Source: Kudoa neothunni
Taxonomy: Eukaryota > Animalia > Cnidaria
Length of the DNA stretch: 64,000 nucleotides
Assembly (NCBI GenBank): GCA_964304625.1
Contig: OZ199839.1
Span: 573,970-637,969 of the forward strand
Direction: 5' to 3'
The stretch's first letter is position 1; every line of letters begins with the position of its first letter. A program made the position numbers and the translations under genes. The notes under the pieces were generated by a model that saw nothing but the letters and a program-made list of their open reading frames with translations, had not been told where the DNA came from and ran no database searches. Of the stretch, positions 40,208 through 53,106 are shown in pieces.

Positions 40208-41581
40208 TTAAGTAGATAGTATTGCTTTCAATATGGGTTCCCAATTGTTGAGGTAATCTATGAAAGCGGGGGTAAGGTCGACATTGATCTCAGTGTACAG
40301 CATATATTCATTCACCGACCAGAGTTTGTATATGACATTATTTAATCCGGATTTTTGCTTTAGAATTTTTAATTTGTTGATTATTTTGACTCTATATGAT
40401 AATTGATATTGTCTATTGATGAGATATCTTTTAGTTACCTTAGCGGATTTTTGCCACTAGTTCTAGAATGATATTTCACATTATCGGTGTAGCGTGTTAT
40501 TGATGGATGTTTTCGGTAAAGCGGCAGCCCATGAGAAGTGATACTAAATCAGTTTATTTCTATTGAGATGTCACAGGGATCGTTACCGGTTGTATAAATC
40601 GTCATCTTCGGCGCCCCAACCCCAGTAAACATTTGCGTATCCATTAACCTTTTCAAAGTGTTCCCGCGACAACGACGACACGCCGCCGAAAAGTGTATCA
40701 TAGATATTTCTTTATATTTTAAAAAATTTTCTAATTACCATAGAAAAACTACTTGTAATTATAAGATTTAATATTTTGGGCCAAATGTTCCGGTGAATGG
40801 GAACAATCATAACGATTGAATTCGTTCTCAGGTAATAGATCAATGTCTGAAAACACAAAGCAATCATAATTGTTCAGTTTTAAACTCTCAACAAATCCCA
40901 CATTTAACAACAAAGCTCTGTTGAAGGGACGATCATCTGTCTATTATTCACCATTAAATTCAACCATTGAGTTATATCTGAAAATACTTGATTAACCAAG
41001 AAAATTCTATAATTAGTGTCCTGTTTCTGTAGGAATGGATGCATGTGTCGTAAAAACACTCCTAGTTGATTTATTCGATTCTTATATGGAACAATAATAG
41101 CCACCTAACCTTTTTAAAGTTTCTCCATTAAAATTGTTATTACCTTTTCTCTGCCACAGTCGTTATTTTCCAATATTCCCTTTGAGTTTATTTTTTGTTT
41201 ATATTTTATTTTAAATAAATTTTCCACCTCTTTAACGGTGACATCCTCCAAGTTTACTGGGATTGAGCACCCTAGGATGTAATATATTAAATATGCCAAA
41301 ATATTTTGTACGCAATTCTTGTTCGGGACAATTTTGTTTTATGGGTTGTTGGGCTTCATAAAATTCTTCAATTTCTTCTATATGTAATATTAACACTATT
41401 GCATCTTGTTCTATAACCAGATTCATCCAAGGCGGCTAATTCAGAAAGCCATCCCTCGCCAAATACATAAAATAGAATTATGCACCATTTTAAATAATGG
41501 CGGTTTAGCTAAAAATTTTAATGTAGTTTATTTCTATGCGTGAAAAATTATGATTACTATGCTATTAGTTGAGATGGTCAT
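40208..41581 (-). CDS. GT7 beta-1,4-N-acetylgalactosaminyl/galactosyltransferase-like, paralog B (multi-exon; Leu at the donor-specificity site)
   Basis: Same intron positions as paralog A where checked. Motifs VAIIVPYKNR, HPFLQKQ, PFNRALLLNVGF, FSDIDLLP, YDTLFGGVS, GYANVYWGWGAEDDD. Ends ...KAILST*. The first two exons and the start codon are less certain. Confidence 0.88.
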
Positions 41582-43633
41582 TCTTTAACTTTTATAAATT
41601 TTTTGGAAATCGATATAATCGTAATTGTATCACAAAATTATTTGTGACAAAAATTATATCATTAGATACTGTTAATACAATTTTCTCTGCTAATCATGTT
41701 CTTAGCTCAACAAAGTAGACTTTCTAAACAACAACAAACATAGTCTATCCAACCATACAATATACTGTCTATGCATAATAGACTGATTCGGTCGTTACAT
41801 TTATTAATATATTCATTTTAATTTTATCGTTTTTCTACAATACGCAGAAAAGAGGTGCTTATATTTGTAACCGGTGCTGAAATTTTTCGGAAGCCTTCAT
41901 CAGATCAGCCAACATTCGAATACGATCAAAATATCATTTTCTATAAAGAAAATAATATTTTTAGTATTAAATGTAATTTAAAATCCATTTAATAGTGGTA
42001 GTAATGACTGTAAGCTAATTAATTAGATATATCTAATGTAAATGAATATGGAGTTTAGAGAAATAAAACCCTATGAAAAATTGAAACGAATAATTAAAAG
42101 TATTAAAAACTTGAAAAACTTTTGATTTTACTTCTATATCATAAAATTACGAAATTTAATCTATTAATTTTGTCAAAAAGATATAACATGATGGAGTCTC
42201 CAAGGAGTTAAGAGTAAGGTGACATAACGCAATAACATAAATTTTCTATTACGTTTTTCTAATTTAAAATTACTCAGAGTTAAATTATATAAGTTTATAC
42301 GTATACAAAATTTACAAGTAATAAATAATTTGGGTGGATTCTTTTATCGGATTTCGTAAATTTTTACTTCACCCATTGTGTTTCAATAAAATGTAAAGTT
42401 AAAAAAATAAAATAGAGTATTTGATTTGAATAAAACATAGATCTATAAATATAACACTCAACTGTGGAATTCTGAGACCAGTTAACTCAATAAAGTCGAC
42501 TAATTTAATTAAAAAATTCTATACTACTTATCAAATAATGTTAGATAGGGATTTATATTGATAAATGTTTTATATATTCATAAATGCAATTTATCAATTA
42601 TGCAAAAAAACTCACGGTTTGTGTTAGTATCGCGCGAGAATATCAACTCAACAGTTTGGCTGAATGGAAATAATAGAGAACGTATTATCAATATAGGAGT
42701 TTACTAGTATCGTACTAATTATAATAACGATGATTAATTAATGTTGGTAGACGTCAATACGCCCAGCTGTTTTGGTGTGATCATACGGACTTTATCGTAA
42801 TGGTGTCCTTTGGGATCATAATAGTTTGCAAATAGGTTCTTTTTGTAAATAGTCAATCAAAGATGCACTTGCATTAGAAAAATAAAAATCGTTTAATGAT
42901 TAATATCAAATTTTAAACAAGCATTCTAAGATAAAGTTAAACTTTAAAATCATAGATAAAATATAACATTTCTATTCAGAAAATTCTCAAGATATTTACG
43001 TTAAATATGTGAAATCCTCTTTTGCGATATTTTGAAAACATAAATGTCTAGTAATATTCTTGGATTTTTGATGAGTAACAATCAGTCAGAATTTTATTTA
43101 AGATATGTCGAAAAAAATTTTTTAATTCTAAGTTTCGTGAGCAGTTATAATATTAAATTTAGTTTCTCAAGCAGCAGTAACCTATCTTATCCGATAGATT
43201 ACATTCTCATCTACATCTTAGAAAAAATTTTAAATAATATCAATAAATAATATTAAAATACGTAATTAAACCTAATAGAGTCTATTATCTTATTTATGAT
43301 GGTTTAAAATGTTTCAATATGTTTGTAGTTCATGTAACAAAAGTTTACATAATAAATGTTAAATTATCTTAAAAAATAAGCCATAAAATTATGAAAAACA
43401 CATAACCCAAATTAGCTAACATGTTTTCGTTATGAATTTTTAATAATTAATAAAATAATAAAAACAGATTATACTGAATTAAATTTAATAATAATAATAA
43501 TATATTCTTATAGGTATCCACGATATTGTGTAATTTCAGAAAATTCCTAAATAATTGCGCAATTTTCTAATTTAAAAGATAATATTTTATATTTTTCTAC
43601 ATCTCATTATTTTCTGTCAAATCATTGTCAATA

Positions 43634-44556
43634 CAGTCGTACCTCGAAATTGCGTTACTCAATGTTGCGTAGTAGCTCAATATTTCTTTAATTTTTAAAT
43701 TGATTATAAATTTGGATACAACTAAGTAATAATTACATTAGTATCTCGTAAAATACGTGTAAAAATACTTATGAATAAAAAAATTAATATGAAATCGCTC
43801 GGTATTGGTATTGCGGAGCAATTCCAGGGTCCGGAAACCCCGTTTTGATTCGACATTGCGTAGTAAATTTGTCCATACTAAGAATACAGAGGGATATTGA
43901 CGAAAAATTCAAGATAATCAGTTTTTATAATTCAATTAAGTCAATGAGTAGTTCAAAAATGAACAGCCTAGAAATTTGTTCATAGTAATAGAATAGTTAT
44001 GTTTCGGCAAAAAATACATTCTAAATACCAAGAACACTCAACTCCCGGTAGAATCTTTTAGATATAAAAAAACATTCCGGCTTCGACATTTCTAACAAAC
44101 GAAAGCGTAAACGAAGGAAAGACTTTATTAGTGGTCTAATTTAATAGCGGGCCATGCGCCAGTATCTCTGATGATAAGTGTCAAAAAGAACAGTTAATCG
44201 CCAAATATCAACATCTAACGTTAAGGATGCCTTAAGAAATCTTAGACAAACATTTTTAAGTAAAGATCCAGAAGGTCTGTGATTTACATTAAGTTATGGA
44301 TCGAAAATCAGATATTTTAAAAGAAAAAAAATGCGGATAAAAATGGTAGTGTATTTCTCTAAAGGTAAAACAAAAAATTGAAAAACCTTATCTCCATTAT
44401 ATAAATGAATTTTTGTTTAAAAAGGAGCCACTAAATGGTTTAATCTATTTTTTTGTATATTGAACATGCGCGAAACTCCATATTGCGTACTAAGTTGGTA
44501 ATGCGCCGCAGTAAGTTGGCAGTCCCAATTTACTACGCAATACCGAGACACGATTG
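43634..44556. mobile_element. Non-autonomous Tigger/pogo-type element
   Basis: TA|CAGTCGTACCTCGAAATTGCGTTA and TACTACGCAATACCGAGACACGATTG|TA form imperfect TIRs with TA flanks. Confidence 0.7.
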
Positions 44557-47500
44557 TAATTCCAAAATTGATGCAATGTTTGCATTACGTTAATGCAGTT
44601 ACCAATTACGATTTTCTGACGATAATTCTATCACTCACATTATTCAAACAAAATTTTACTCTTTGTATCTCCGTTTTTGGGCTTCGCATAAAATATTATT
44701 ACGGTTTTCGTTAATCAACTGCGCATGTCCAAAAAAATCATATTTCGTGGAGATTTTTGAATTTGATTCAATCAAAAGAGTACATAATTTTTTTGAATTA
44801 TTGGCAAAAAAATATGCAATAAAAATTATTTGTATGATATTAATATATCAGTTTTGCTAAAAACGTTATTTATTTACTCTCAACAAGTTCTATTATCATT
44901 CGATTTGAAGTTATGATGACATTATAGCATCTTTTGTCACAAAATTGGACCGGGAACTTCTGCAAAACTTTAATTAAAATATTACCTCCAGTTAGATTAA
45001 TATAATACAACATTGCCTTATTATTGGTAGATTACAATTTACATTTATTATCTAAAGGGTTTTAGTGACCGAAGAAATTCAGTGTATTCCTGAAAGGGCA
45101 TAGCATTGAATATTTTCTATCTTTTGATATAAACATGATAAAACATAGTAACTTTCATTATTTTACTGAATAATTTATAACATTTATTTTTATATTTATT
45201 TTAATATTTATTTTAATATTTATTTTGTTAACTTTTAATTTTTATGGAGTAAATTACTTTCACATTGAATAAAGTATATTGATTTTAGAATTTAAGTGAT
45301 TTATGGTTTAAGTCATTTTACAGTCCTATTAAAAAATTCAATACCCTTCCAAATTATACATAATAATGTATTATTTTGCAAATATACTTAATTTATTATT
45401 TTTTCAAGAATAAATTTTAATAAATATTTAAATAGTAAATATTAGAGCAAAATCCCAGCTTTTCTAGTAGTGAGTGATAAAATTTATAAGTTTTTGGTTG
45501 TTTTTAAATGCAAATCTCAATATAAAAAATAATTAAACATCAAGCTTCAAACTGAAAACTTTTATTTCTCTTGTTTTTTGGTGTATTTTCGAATTTATTA
45601 TTATAATTTGAACTTTAACCAATTACATTAATCGAACCACGAATAGATTTACGTCAAAATAAAAATAGAAGGAAATAAAAACATTCATCATTAATTTTAA
45701 CATTATTTTAAAAATTATTGACATTAAATAACTCTCTAGGGGTACTCTAAATTATTTAAAACAAATCAGGTTAACAAATCCGTTCAATTGCTCAACGTAT
45801 TATAAGTTTCTGTACATTTGAATTATTTTTCGAAACAAATCGAACCTTTAAATTATAAAATTGACTAAAATTATACAAAGTAAAATGTATAAAAGAATAA
45901 CGCCCACTTTTAATCTTTTCTGATAACTTTTTAAAGGATCTTAATCTGGTTTTAATCAAACGTTTGTGAGGGGGAAATTATAGTTTTGTTATTTTAATAG
46001 GATTTTTAAACTTTTGAATGAATCTGTCCGCTCTTATTCAGATTAAAACCATTAAATTCAAAAATATTACTCAACTCAAATAAAAAAATTATGACTTAAT
46101 CAGTGATATACGTGTGTATTTACCTCGAAAATATACAGTAATGATTAACAGTCATCGGGTTTTCTCGAAGGATCACTCCCGTTTAGAGATAACCGTACTT
46201 TTCTTTGGATTTTGAATAATTTTTTTAATGAGCTGCTTTCAAATTAATAAGAATTTAAAAGTAATATCGGACTGTTAGAACAGACCATTGGATGTTTATT
46301 TACTAACAGAATAATACCTAATGTGATTCGACTATTTTTTTATCAACAACACTCTTTCATCCAGATTTTAAAACTACCTGTAACATGGAATGAATCATAT
46401 TTCCATACACTTTACATACTCTGCTGAATCGATTTTAGCCTAAGAATAATCTAATATTTATTTACATAATAACTTCCAAATCTGAAGTTAGAAAATTATT
46501 AGGTGTTTGGATGCTCTAATTTTACTTAAAAAATTATTTAATCATGTCTTGAAAATTATTAAAATTGGTTTATCATATTTAAATCAGAAAATTCGAGTTT
46601 ACTTTAAAATGGACAAAACATGTTAAACAATAAATATAATTTCGGTCTCATCCAATTAACATTACAAAAAAGAAATCGAAAAGCAACTGGAATTCCAACA
46701 AATATGATTGTCTTTAAAACGTTTGGAACAAAAATTACACTATTTAAAAACTATACGCATATCGTAAATCTTTTTATAATGCGTATAGTCCCGCCAAATC
46801 ATTTCTTAATGGCAACTACTTGAAATCTCAAATTATATCTAAAATAATGATAAACTTCACGCTTAAAAATATATTTAATGTTTTAGGAATACGAATAAAT
46901 ATATTAAAAAATAAAGAAACACCACAAATTTCAGAGGCTTTGTAACATCAACCTCTCTATTAAATATCGTGCTAGTGGTTTCATGTCGTAAAATTTCCCC
47001 TAACGACATACTTATCAATTTTAGAACAGTCTATACCTTAACCCTTTGAACCCCAATGATGTCAAATGTCAACATTTTAATTTTGTGAGTGTTTTAACGA
47101 TTTTCTTACATTTTTTAAATATGTATTTATTATAATAATATAGTTAATGTTTATTTGATTTTATAAAAATGAACTATAAAAACTTGTACGTTTGACATCA
47201 AGAACAATACAGATGAATATCAAACTTTACGGCAAATATAAACAATGCTAAAAGTATCATGCGATTGAACATGGAATTTGGAGGTTTTAGTAAAATTAAA
47301 AAATATACACAAATACTATTAAATAAATTAATTCTAAGAATAATGCAATGCTGAATTTCTCCTAACATTGATTACAAAAATTTACTGTGAACGAATCACG
47401 CAATCTTGTTAATACATTTACTTTAATTTCTTCGAAATAGAGGATCATCCCTATACCCTCGAAATTTCGACGGTTTGGAGAATTTTCGAGGCTCGAGGAT

Positions 47501-47978
47501 CCTCGACCTTCGATTTTTTGAAGGTCTACTCGTATACTATCTTGTGTGGAAAATCCTAGCGAATTCTTTATTCTATATTGAGTCAGATTTTAATTTAAAC
47601 ATTGAGGAAATGGGTTCAGAAAATTCAAAACAGATGCCTTTTTAATGTACCTGAATAAAAATAACTAATTATTCTATTAAAATTGACATTCGTTTATTTA
47701 AATGTATAAATGAATGCTCTGATTTTTGTTATACCAACATTTTTAAAGACAATTTAGTTAAAATTCCTATCAAACGACAGGTACAATTTCGAGTATAAAA
47801 CTTAAAATGCAACATAATAAAGAATATATAATTAAATAATGGATCACAAATTTAGACGGAAAAAAAGTTTAAACCCATGGCTGTTTCAGTTTTAAGGATC
47901 CAAATTTTTTCGAATTAGATAAAAATATGTTACTTTAAAAGACAACACAGTTACGATTTTACATGGAAATAGCGCTTG

Positions 47979-48459
47979 TTTTTTTTATTACAAGGTCAAA
48001 CCTCTGGCGCAACTTGTTAGGTTGTGAAGTTCAGGCTGGTTAGGCCTTCCCAATTTACTCTTTAGGCACCGCAGCGTCATATTAAGGCGACTTACGTTTG
48101 TACGGTAGTGTGGGATTTTAACACACTCGTTTCGGAGTAGCCATACCCTGGACTAACCCAGAATTAGTCTGGGAAAGTATCTGAATGCGGGTGTCGATTC
48201 TACGGAAACCCCCTACTAGGTTGCATTTCGTTCCTGTACCTCGGCGTTTATGAGTTTATGAGCGCCTACCATCTATCCTTCCGCCAGGCTCCCTTCCCAG
48301 CTGCAAGCAAGGCCACGATAAGTGGTAGATCCTTGCGATTAGATTACTACAACCTTTACTTAATTTCGGATTAGGAGTACAGGAACGCCCGGACTAGGCA
48401 TCGAACTAGCAACTTCATGGTATGCGATCTCGACCTAACACCACTATGCCATATTGTCC
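47979..48459 (-). mobile_element. tRNA-derived SINE (~480 bp)
   Basis: GC-rich island in AT-rich DNA. On the minus strand: Pol III A box TGGCATAGTGG (48451-48441), B box GTTCGATGC (48406-48398) in a T-arm-like hairpin, a ~400-bp body, and a 3' AATAAAAAAAA tail (~47989-47979). Confidence 0.7.
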
Positions 48460-50111
48460 AGGCACTCTGAATCATCAAGTGAATACAACGGCAACTGATT
48501 TTGCACACTTTTTTTGTAAAGTGATTTAATTATAAGTCTAACATTCCAAAAGTTTATATAAACAAATATAATCGACTTGACGATAATTTTAGCTCAAATA
48601 ATTTACTATAAATGATGTAAAATATATACCCACAATCACGTGATTTGCTGATTTTGCTTTTCTACACTTTTTCAGACAATCTGTCGATCGATGTACCATT
48701 ATTCCAAGGAGAATTTGAAAGATGTCGACAATAAATTTTAAAAACATAATAACATTAGACGAAAAATTCAAAAATAAAATACTCGGAAATTCTTGCAATA
48801 AAAACGCCTATACAGTAGCTACGATGAAACACTTCAGCACATTAAATACAGTAACCTTAAATGACGTTCTCAGGGAAAAAGATCAAATTTTCTTACTAGT
48901 TTGGATAGTTTTAGATCATTTTCGAATATTATTAGAATAGGAAAATGGTATATATGATATTGCAGGTAAAAATATGCCAACATCCAAAATAACTGATTTT
49001 TTCAAACAATAGAAACTAGGTAAAGTATCGCCATTCTATTTTCTATTATATAATTTCTGTTAATTTTTATTTTAACGATAAAAAGGATGTCAATTTTTTA
49101 ATTTATGTCCTCAAAAGAAGGAGATTTTTTATTATTTGCATGCGTATAAAGTGTGTATAGACAAGTTGCAACCCATTTTACACACCCTTTTTAATGGCTC
49201 AGAAAGTAATAAACAAATTCGTTTGTCTATCAAAGTGATTTTCTGATCCCGTATATGGGCAAACCAGATTAGGAAGTTTGTCAACTATTTATCCTGTTTC
49301 TAATTAAGAAAATGTTTTCCAGTTATCATGTTTATCACAATTTCAGTTCTCTAAGCCATGGGCTCACCTAATTAAGCAACGTGGCACCCCTTATATTAAT
49401 GAAAAATACATGATTTTATGAAGGATAAGCAGAAAAAAAGTTAATCAATATGATGATTCATCACTAACAAAATGTAGATAACATTCACAACTAAAGTTAT
49501 ACATCAACAAGAAATATTAATCTGTTTTAAATTCTACGTGATTTGTAATAGAATATATTTCGTAAAAATTAAAAATTATCTCCGTCTATTAAAGACATTC
49601 CAAAGTTAACCAAAATCTGCTTAGGGGCAGAGAACCGTGAATCCCAAGTTTAGTTTGTTTGTTAGTGAGTTATTAAAATAAATCCATTATATTACCAAAA
49701 AATTTATCCACCTGACAGAGATCAACTCAATACCTGCTACCGAAAATTGATAATGGAATTATGAATAGATAATAGTAATAAGAGTGATTAATATAGGACA
49801 CGTCATCGGTTTTTACTTAATAGACGGATTAATAACCATGATTTTGGGTATTTAAAATATTGATAACAGTAAAACAATAGAACCGAAACCTTATTAACGT
49901 GTTAGTGTTGGTAGCGTGGAAAAGTGACGAAGTTCAAAGCCGTAGTCGATGGCCAAACTGTCCTAGAAATTATTACCAGTATATGTCGAAAATAATTAAA
50001 TAGCACTAAATGTGAACGATCGTTCATTCACAATCGATAAATCTAACATGGAACAATTGATAAGAACAACAATGTTTGATTGATGAGGTGGCGACGAGTG
50101 ATGAATCACAG

Positions 50112-50119
50112 CCACGTCA
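50112..50119 (-). promoter_or_regulatory. UPRE (TGACGTGG), XBP1/ATF6-type unfolded protein response element upstream of BiP
   Basis: CCACGTCA on the + strand ~65 nt upstream of the BiP ATG. A related ACACGTCA lies at 49798-49805. Confidence 0.65.
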
Positions 50120-50182
50120 TCATGCTAGAATGTATACAACCGGAGCGCATTCGCCACCAGTCGGATTAGAACTGTCTGGGCG

Positions 50183-52204
50183 ATGAGGTGCACTTCTATG
50201 TCATTGCAAATATTTTTAATCACACTCTTCGTATTTCATAAACCAATCAACTCTCTTGATAAGCAAGAGAAAGAGGATCTCGGTTATGTGATTGGTATCG
50301 ATTTGGGTACAACCTACTCTTGTGTGGGTGTGTTCCAAAGAGGTCGTGTCGAGATCTTCCAAAACGAACAAGGAAACCGTATCACACCATCCTATGTTGC
50401 ATTTACTGCTGATGGATCACGTCTTATTGGTGATCCAGCTAAAAATCAACTTACATCCAATGCTGAGAACACTGTTTACGATGCGAAACGTTTGATTGGA
50501 CGTAAATTTGAAGACCCCGAGGTGGTGAAAGACAGAAAAGTGTGGCCTTTCCACGTAGTAAAATCAGGAGATAAACCATTGATTGAAATAACCGTTGGTG
50601 GTAAAGCTCAACGATTCACCCCTGAAGAGATCAGCTCTATGGTTTTGATGAAGATGAAACAGATTGCTGAAACCAATCTGGAAGCAAATGTTACCCATGC
50701 GGTCATTACAGTGCCAGCCTATTTCAACGACGCTCAACGTCAATCCACAAAGGATGCCGGTACAATTGCTGGACTTAATGTTATGCGTATTATCAATGAG
50801 CCAACCGCAGCTGCTATTGCTTATGGTTTCGATAAGAAAGAAGGTGAGAAGAACATTTTGGTCTTTGATCTTGGTGGTGGCACATTCGATGTGTCTCTGT
50901 TGGTTATCGATAATGGTGTATTCGAAGTTATAGCCACCAATGGTGACACTCATTTGGGTGGTGAAGATTTCGATAACCGAATTGTTGAATACCTACTTAG
51001 AGACATCAAAACCACACACAAAGTTGATGTGTCTAAAAAGAAGAATATTGTTCAACGTCTTCGTAGAGAGGCCGAAAAAGCCAAACGAACCCTCTCCAAA
51101 CGACATCAAGCAACCATTGAGATTGATAATTTGACTGATGATGAGACTGTGAACTATGTCACCACACTCACTCGTGCCAAATTCGAAGAACTTAACATGA
51201 AGGAATTCTCACGCATCAACGAACCATTGAAGCGAGTTCTTGCTGATAGCAAGCTGAAAAAGAGTGAGATCGACGAGATCATCCTTGTCGGTGGATCTAC
51301 TCGTATCCCAAAGATTCAAGATATGGTTAAGAAATTCTTCAATGGAAAAGAACTCAACCTTGGAATCAATCCCGATGAAGCTGTTGCCTATGGTGCCGCC
51401 ATTCAAGCTGGTATCCTCTCAGGTGCTAATGAAACTGCTGACCTTGTCCTTGTTGATGTGGCTTCGCTGTCGAAAGGTATCGAAACCTCTGGTGGTATCA
51501 TGACTGTTCTCATCCCAAGAAACACTCGTATTCCAACCAAGAAAACTCAAGTCTTCACCACTGTCCAAGACTTCCAACAATCCGTTGATATTAACGTGTT
51601 TGAAGGTGAACGTTCTATGGTTAAAGATAACCACAAGTTGGGTTATTTCCGATTGAACGATATCACCAAAGCTCGCAAAAATGTTCCTCAAATTGAAGTC
51701 ACTTTCGAAATTAACCAAGAAGGTATTCTTCACATCCATGCCGTGGAGAAGGGTTCTGGTGCTGCTAGAAATATCACCATCGATAACGACGAAAAGAAAT
51801 TGTCTGCTGAGGAAATCGAAAAAATGATCAAAGACGCTGAGATCTATGCTGAACAGGATAGAGTTTCCAAAGACAAAGTCAAAGCTAAACTCGATATCGA
51901 ACAACTGGCTCATTCCATCCAAGAAGCTGTCGCCCTTAAAGATAAATTCGAACAACATGATCTCACCGATGAAGACATTCAAAAATGTAGTGATGCTGCT
52001 TCTGAAGCTCTCAAATTTGTTGAATCCAACCCGGATGCTTCAGCTGAAGAACTCAAAGAAAAATTAACCGAACTCACTGAAGCCGTCAAGGATGTTGCCC
52101 CAAAACTCGAGGAACTTGCCAAGAAAGTCAAGGAATCCACCGATGGTGCTGCCGCTGATCAACCACCACCACCTGCCGACGATGATGCTCATGATGAGCT
52201 ATAA
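50183..52204 (+). CDS. HSPA5: Endoplasmic reticulum chaperone BiP/GRP78 (Hsp70 family), intronless
   Basis: Signal peptide, [68 protein letters not shown], and a C-terminal ER-retention HDEL. Confidence 0.98.
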   Translation: MRCTSMSLQIFLITLFVFHKPINSLDKQEKEDLGYVIGIDLGTTYSCVGVFQRGRVEIFQNEQGNRITPSYVAFTADGSRLIGDPAKNQLTSNAENTVYDAKRLIGRKFEDPEVVKDRKVWPFHVVKSGDKPLIEITVGGKAQRFTPEEISSMVLMKMKQIAETNLEANVTHAVITVPAYFNDAQRQSTKDAGTIAGLNVMRIINEPTAAAIAYGFDKKEGEKNILVFDLGGGTFDVSLLVIDNGVFEVIATNGDTHLGGEDFDNRIVEYLLRDIKTTHKVDVSKKKNIVQRLRREAEKAKRTLSKRHQATIEIDNLTDDETVNYVTTLTRAKFEELNMKEFSRINEPLKRVLADSKLKKSEIDEIILVGGSTRIPKIQDMVKKFFNGKELNLGINPDEAVAYGAAIQAGILSGANETADLVLVDVASLSKGIETSGGIMTVLIPRNTRIPTKKTQVFTTVQDFQQSVDINVFEGERSMVKDNHKLGYFRLNDITKARKNVPQIEVTFEINQEGILHIHAVEKGSGAARNITIDNDEKKLSAEEIEKMIKDAEIYAEQDRVSKDKVKAKLDIEQLAHSIQEAVALKDKFEQHDLTDEDIQKCSDAASEALKFVESNPDASAEELKEKLTELTEAVKDVAPKLEELAKKVKESTDGAAADQPPPPADDDAHDEL

Positions 52205-53106
52205 TCTCCTAAAGTGTTGTAGGGTGATTATTATGCATTCTTGATTGAAACAAAATTTTGGGTTTACAGTAGTGTTTTACCGCGTGAACTAGTTTATATA
52301 TTATAAGGAGATGTTTTGTTTTTTCTATGTGTTTTTTTTATGCGTTTTTTGGATTCCATGGTGACGCTTGTTGCAAATACACTAACTATCCTGTTGAGCA
52401 TTTAGATTTAGTTTCTTTTTTTTCCTTTTTATTCAATTTTAGAATTAGGGGGATGGACGTATTGAAGTATGCCCTTGTTTAGGAATTAAAGGGAGGTACT
52501 TGTGACTTGCGCATATATTTTTGGAAATTAGCTACGTCGGTGTTTCTCAACGTAGGTTCCACGCTCCACCGTTGGAGTGTGAACAAATTTTGGTGGGCAT
52601 CGAAATTTTTGAACGTTTAATGAATCACATTGGTGTGGGACGGATAGTGATGAGATAATTTGGTAGTATGACGTACTTTGAGGTCAATATCGCGATTTTT
52701 AATATTGCTTATTTTTAAATGGCGGTTAATATCATAAAAATATACAAAAATCAATGACTAATTATATAAAAGCTAATAATGATATTTAACGTCCTCTTCG
52801 TCCGAATAGAACCAAAATGGTGTGAATCTCAATCTTTTCTCTTCCAGAATCGTGTACCGCCATGTTTGATTAAACCTATTATAATATTGATCAATTTCGT
52901 ATTTATTTTCGATTCATTATCCCCATATGCATTAAAGTCTTTCCTAATGAAGGTTAGATTACCAGGAGTTTCACGTAATGTTGTTATTGACGGAATGCAG
53001 AACTAAAAGTGTTAATTTTAAAGGTCTATCGATAAATTAAGTTAAATCTGATAGAGCACATTCAATTTTTAATGAGAAAAGAAGTATATTAATCAATTTA
53101 AAAAGT

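Noticed and set aside
41272-41296. Apparent 25-nt GC-AG intron (GCATAT donor) in GT7 paralog B
   Set aside because: An in-phase canonical donor (C|GTACAA) 15 nt upstream matches the intron position in paralog A and gives a gap-free alignment (CPEQELRCSIPVNL vs CPHQKLYNSIHVNL).
50292-52067. Multiple overlapping and antisense ORFs within BiP (also within ATM and the surface-protein exons)
   Set aside because: These are shadow ORFs caused by codon bias and low-complexity coding sequence, a known artefact in Hsp70 genes. They have no independent motifs.
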